Source: Barthelona sp. PAP020 (Eukaryota). Taken from it: 33,044 nucleotides of DNA. A program made the position numbers and the translations under genes. Below, one piece after another: positions 28,700-33,044 of the stretch. Under the pieces are notes generated by a model. The model made no database searches. It was not told where the DNA came from and saw only the letters and a program-made list of their open reading frames with translations. Positions within the stretch are counted from its first letter, which is position 1. Every line of letters begins with the position of its first letter. The DNA lies in contig JARQWU010000099.1 in NCBI GenBank assembly GCA_040182905.1, positions 1 through 33,044 on the forward strand, in the 5' to 3' direction.

Positions 28700-30043
28700 A
28701 TGTATTCTGACATATTACAAACATATTTTGAATCGAATACAGAAGCTGAATCTATATATGAAGAACCTATTATTGTTAAAACATTATTATCAACTTTGAG
28801 TGAAGAATTGCGTTCATTATTGATAAGATTATCTACATTAGGAGAATTTAAGACAACGCATATATTGAAACATTCAATGCATGGTAGTGTGGATAATAAT
28901 CGTGATTTTTTAAGAATTTTAAAAGCAATTTCAATATTGAAAGCCAATCCCAAAACTAAAACGTTACACATTGATGAATATTTTGTAAACACGATGTTAA
29001 ATTTTTCCAATCCATTATTTGCAATCAATATTCCAAAAGTTATTCCTGAAAACAATTTGAACAATGATTATGGTATTGATATAAAAATGAGCTACAATAA
29101 TTTAATATTGGATTATTTATGTGGAAAATTACATAAAGAACTTGAATTAGATGAATTGTTTGATTTTGATTCCCCTCAGTTATCAATGGAAGTTGTCAAA
29201 TTTTTAAATAGTTCCAATCTTTTAGAAAAAGGAAAGATTTGTCAGAAATCGTTACAATATATGGTAATGTCTGAACATCATCAATTAATTGTCATAATAA
29301 GAAGTTTAATTACCATGTATCCTAAATTGACGACTTTAAAGTTACTGGGAATTTTAAACAATTGTGATAGTGGTGATGTTTTAGAATTGAAAGAGTTTTT
29401 TACTGAAATTAACTTTGTTTTGGAGATATTGTTATTATTAGGTTTATTGTATCATGTAAAGGATACTGAATATATGGTTTTACCAGCAATAAAACAACTG
29501 TTTACTGAAGACAGACTATTATCCTCTCAATTTAGTGTCATTTCAGAAACAAATTTCAGAATATTTGCATATAATCCAACACCAAGTCAATTAGTCATTT
29601 TAAGTCTTTTTGTTGACTTTTCGCATGTCTTTCCTGATTTTATTGTTGGTGATATTACAGAACAATCAATCGCAAGAGCTTCAAATCCAATATTCCTTGC
29701 TAAAAATCGTATGCCAAGACAAGGAATTTCTGCAGATGAAATCATTTCATATTTAGAATATCATGCAGATGAAAAAACAAAAGATCGTCTCTTTGGTTCT
29801 GTTTATGTTGGCGTTAAAGATTTTGTGTCTTTTTGGGCCAAAAGAAGATACGTTTGTGAAATATTTAAAAGCTTTCATTTTACGATTCAGGCTGATCAAG
29901 TATTAATCTTTCAAAAAGAATTGGAAAAGCTAAAGTGTAGATATGAAATTCTTGACAATTCTTTAGACCCTTTGCAAAAAGATGTTTTGGTATTTTCCGA
30001 TGATATCAAAGCATTACAGAAAATTGTGAAAAGCAAAAAATAA
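28700..30043 (+). CDS. TFB2: TFIIH subunit p52/Tfb2 (divergent)
   Basis: ETNFRIFAY, LVILSLFVD, FPDFIVGDITEQSI and GISADEIISYLEYHA are Tfb2 signatures. Likely ATG at 28700. Confidence 0.88.
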   Translation: MYSDILQTYFESNTEAESIYEEPIIVKTLLSTLSEELRSLLIRLSTLGEFKTTHILKHSMHGSVDNNRDFLRILKAISILKANPKTKTLHIDEYFVNTMLNFSNPLFAINIPKVIPENNLNNDYGIDIKMSYNNLILDYLCGKLHKELELDELFDFDSPQLSMEVVKFLNSSNLLEKGKICQKSLQYMVMSEHHQLIVIIRSLITMYPKLTTLKLLGILNNCDSGDVLELKEFFTEINFVLEILLLLGLLYHVKDTEYMVLPAIKQLFTEDRLLSSQFSVISETNFRIFAYNPTPSQLVILSLFVDFSHVFPDFIVGDITEQSIARASNPIFLAKNRMPRQGISADEIISYLEYHADEKTKDRLFGSVYVGVKDFVSFWAKRRYVCEIFKSFHFTIQADQVLIFQKELEKLKCRYEILDNSLDPLQKDVLVFSDDIKALQKIVKSKK

Positions 30044-30266
30044 TTTTCTTCTTCTTTAATATTGTCATATTGTAGTCCTCAGGTGTGATAAACTGCCGCT
30101 TTTTCTTTCTTTTTCATATATTAATTGATCCAGATATTAAATAGCTGCCTTTATTTGATTGGGAAACGAAAAATGTTTCTAATTAATATTTATTTTGAAA
30201 CCTGATTGATTTGTGAATATTATTCCTTTACTACACATTTATTCGATTTCCTGTGCAAAAATAAGA

Positions 30267-30501
30267 TGTAAAGATTTTACAAACATTTTCATAAATAAGA
30301 CATGTATAACCCACATATAGGACAGTAGTTAAGATACAAGCATTACTCGGAGAGTTCGGCAAAAGTCAAGGAAATTCCAAATAAGACTTTTTTTTTAGGG
30401 CGTCGAACATCCCAAAATCTTCGTCATTGAAAACTTCTAACTATACCAAACCCCAACGTGATGGGTTAACATAAAAATAAAAGTCTTTTAAATTTATGAA
30501 A
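30267..30501. repeat. Dispersed repeat A, short (internally deleted) copy, inverted relative to 7266-7577
   Basis: Direct alignment, e.g. ACATGTATAACCCACATATAGGACAGTAGT and CTTCTAACTATACCAAACCCCAACGTGATGGGTTAAC are reverse complements of the 7.3-7.6 kb copy. Confidence 0.95.
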
Positions 30502-30771
30502 AATAATAATGTCATTCTGTTTACCATTCTTAAAAAATATGGGAGTCTTCATCTAGACAAAAACATTTTGGAATTAAATTTATTTTTTTCAAATGAAAAC
30601 AGTGATCACTTTCATAGTACTTTACAAAAATAGTCTATGACGAAAAAAACTGAGGAAATCCTTTTTGAAAGGAAAAAACAAATCTTTATGAATCAGCATT
30701 TTTGTGGAAGGAAAGTGGACAGAACGAATGACTTTATTTGAATTTTTCATATTTATTTTTAGTTACAAAAT

Positions 30772-32400
30772 ATGCAAGGAAAAAAGATAATCGTCATGTT
30801 TTGTGGTGGTAATGACAAACTTTTGATTAATTTCAAGCCCGCTTTTAGTTTCATCAGTGTTAAAAAAACTGTTGTTGATGGAACAGGTACTAATATTACA
30901 GTTGAAGTTGAACGTCAAGACTTTCTTCTTGAAGAGATTATTTCACTCTTTTCTATAAATGAGCTTTTTATCATCATGAGAGAAGTTGTTTTAGCAATGC
31001 AATACTGTCAAAAAAATAAGATTCATTTCGTTCTTGACTCAAATTGCATTTTTGTCCGATTTGAAGCTGACAGAAAGTGTGTTGGCTATGAAATTGTTTG
31101 TGAATCAAACCCAATTTTCCAATCCAGTGGTTCGTTGAAAACAGTTAACAGAGTGAAGATTGACAATGTGTTCCTTTTAGGTGTTATGTTGAATTCATTT
31201 ATTCAAAAAATTGATTCAGATATGATTCACTCACTTAAATGCAAAAAAATTCCTTCAGAATTTTCCAAAATGATTTTCACAAGAGATATTTGGTCGGATC
31301 ATAATTTAACTCGTAGCATAACTATCCAGGATGTTGAAGATGCATTGGATGAATTGATTGTGGTTGAAACTTCAGAAGAAAAACAGGAAAAACTCACCGA
31401 AAAAATGGAAAAATTTTCAACCTGCGAAGCAAAGGAAAACATTCAACAGAATGAATGTCAAACTATAGTTTCGAAGCAAAAATCCAAAAGAACAAAATGG
31501 ATGTCAGAACCTAATCGTTTGAATGTGAAATCTGGTGGACAATGTATTAGAGGGCTTGATTACAATGCAAATAATATTTGTGCTTATGTAGATGACAATA
31601 AAAGCCTATTCATTTTCCCAAATGAAAGACCGATTTGTACTGAAGTAAAGGCAGTCCTTAAGTTTTGTCCTAATCCAATTTACAATTTGTTAGTTGTTGC
31701 AGGATGTAATAAAGAAATTATTTTCGTTGACTTGATATCAATGACAGAAACTGATAGATTTCCTGTTGACTATGACGTATGTTCCATATCATTCTCACCT
31801 GATGGTAACCAGTTTTTACTTGGTATGAGTGAAGGTTACGTTACCATCTATAACATTGAAGGTGTTAGGCAATACAAATCTAAACTACATGAGAAAGTTG
31901 TTGAAGCTGTATGTTTCAGTAAAAATCACTTTGTTACTGCCAGCCAAGATGGATGCTCGAAGATATTTTCCTTAGTATCGCTGCCATATCAAGAGATTTG
32001 CAGCTGGAATTGTAGGAAATTGAAAAGTAAAGACCGTTTTGTTGTTTCAGCCAAATTTTCATCAGACGGTGATTATTGCGCGTTTGGAGACAATTTTGGG
32101 AAAATGAAGATATACGATGTTCCTGCTGAAAAATTATCACCACAGCTCAATGTTCTCAAAGGGTCGGAAAACGTCAATATTTTTTCTTTTGATAATTCAT
32201 CAATTCTTGTTTATTCTGGTAGAACTATTTATATTTTTGATAGAAAAACAGGTAAACAGTTAAATTATAAGAATAATTCCTTTGATATTCATGCTATGGC
32301 CCTAAGTCCCAATGGAACTCATTTGTTGTGTGGGGGTGGGACCATTAAAGGAATGATTAATGAATTTACTCTAAATAACTCTAACACGTTAAGAAAATGA
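30772..32400 (+). CDS. WD40-repeat protein with an N-terminal degenerate kinase-like domain; possible extra 5' exon 30637-30714
   Basis: WD40 blades: CSISFSPDGNQFLLG, HEKVVEAVCFS..FVTASQDG, AKFSSDGDY and AMALSPNG. N-terminal IMREVVLAMQYCQKNKIHF and DNVFLLGVML echo kinase subdomains VIa and IX. Confidence 0.85.
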   Translation: MQGKKIIVMFCGGNDKLLINFKPAFSFISVKKTVVDGTGTNITVEVERQDFLLEEIISLFSINELFIIMREVVLAMQYCQKNKIHFVLDSNCIFVRFEADRKCVGYEIVCESNPIFQSSGSLKTVNRVKIDNVFLLGVMLNSFIQKIDSDMIHSLKCKKIPSEFSKMIFTRDIWSDHNLTRSITIQDVEDALDELIVVETSEEKQEKLTEKMEKFSTCEAKENIQQNECQTIVSKQKSKRTKWMSEPNRLNVKSGGQCIRGLDYNANNICAYVDDNKSLFIFPNERPICTEVKAVLKFCPNPIYNLLVVAGCNKEIIFVDLISMTETDRFPVDYDVCSISFSPDGNQFLLGMSEGYVTIYNIEGVRQYKSKLHEKVVEAVCFSKNHFVTASQDGCSKIFSLVSLPYQEICSWNCRKLKSKDRFVVSAKFSSDGDYCAFGDNFGKMKIYDVPAEKLSPQLNVLKGSENVNIFSFDNSSILVYSGRTIYIFDRKTGKQLNYKNNSFDIHAMALSPNGTHLLCGGGTIKGMINEFTLNNSNTLRK

Positions 32401-32854
32401 AACTACAATAATTGTGTGTAAAATAATCAAATTTTTGTAAATTTTTTGTTGATTTCATCTTCAATTTGAAGAGTCCTTGTTTAAATGATCCAAAAGAAAA
32501 AATGACAACAAAAGAGAGCGAATTAAGAATGATCTCCAGTTTTGCTTCTCAAGGAATAACACATCATCAATACCAAAATAGCAAAAATACTACAGGCAAT
32601 GTTAGAAAAAAAAGGAAAAGAAAATAGTTGATTTGATAGCATGTTGTTACAGAGTTTTTCAGTTTTCTTTGTGCAATAGATTTGATTTCATCAGTGTTTT
32701 TTGATGCACAATTATGGCTCAAAATAGTTTTCCTGCTTTCCTATTTCAACAAATTTTTCTCCAGACCTTTGAAATATCCTCAAAACATTTCCCGAAAATA
32801 AGCAATCAAACTGACAAAATTTGAATTTCCTTTTGCTGTGTGCATAAAATGCTT

Positions 32855-33044
32855 GTTGGCAACCAAGCGGAAGGATTTCACCCAAAAGACAATTTAGATG
32901 TGTTTAAGATTTCTTCTTGCAATTTCTGACATTAATGGATATCAAAATTGAAAGTGAAATAACAACAAAGAATCAAATGATTCAGGGTAATAAGGATGCA
33001 AGTGTGCATAGTAGGTTAGCAAGGAATTACATGGTTTCATCAAG
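32855..33044 (+). repeat. Dispersed repeat B, copy 2 (runs off the window end)
   Basis: Aligns to the reverse complement of 2204-2390, including a 32-nt identical core. Confidence 0.85.

Noticed and set aside
1..33044. Alternative genetic code (stop reassignment)
   Set aside because: Conserved genes are uninterrupted under the standard code and end in TAA, TAG or TGA at expected positions.

Overview
This is a very AT-rich, gene-dense, nearly intron-free stretch of a eukaryotic nuclear genome read in the standard code (TAA, TAG and TGA all end genes). A divergent, possibly anaerobic or metamonad-like protist is inferred but not proven. It holds about 21 protein genes. Core eukaryotic housekeeping genes include a NASP-type histone chaperone, TAF8, SPOUT1, TSR3, BRO1/ALIX, Bfr1-like, NOPCHAP1-like, Tpt1, a GST-fused MetRS and TFIIH p52/Tfb2. 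Several prokaryote-type genes sit among them: type I glutamine synthetase, a bacterial-type MFS transporter, a YdjM-type membrane hydrolase and a flavin reductase. There are also repeat-domain or pseudokinase genes (ankyrin, pseudokinase plus ankyrin-like tail, pseudokinase plus WD40). Features not explained by the ORF track include two dispersed repeat pairs in nested inverted orientation, a 27-codon hydrophobic ORF overlapping the flavin reductase start (TAATG), near-constant 172-191 bp head-to-head spacers, two candidate introns and an RD-repeat-tagged SPOUT1 with degenerate motifs. No rRNA, tRNA or CRISPR was recognised, and I cannot demonstrate a single coherent novel system. All family calls are from motif recognition by eye, not database searches.
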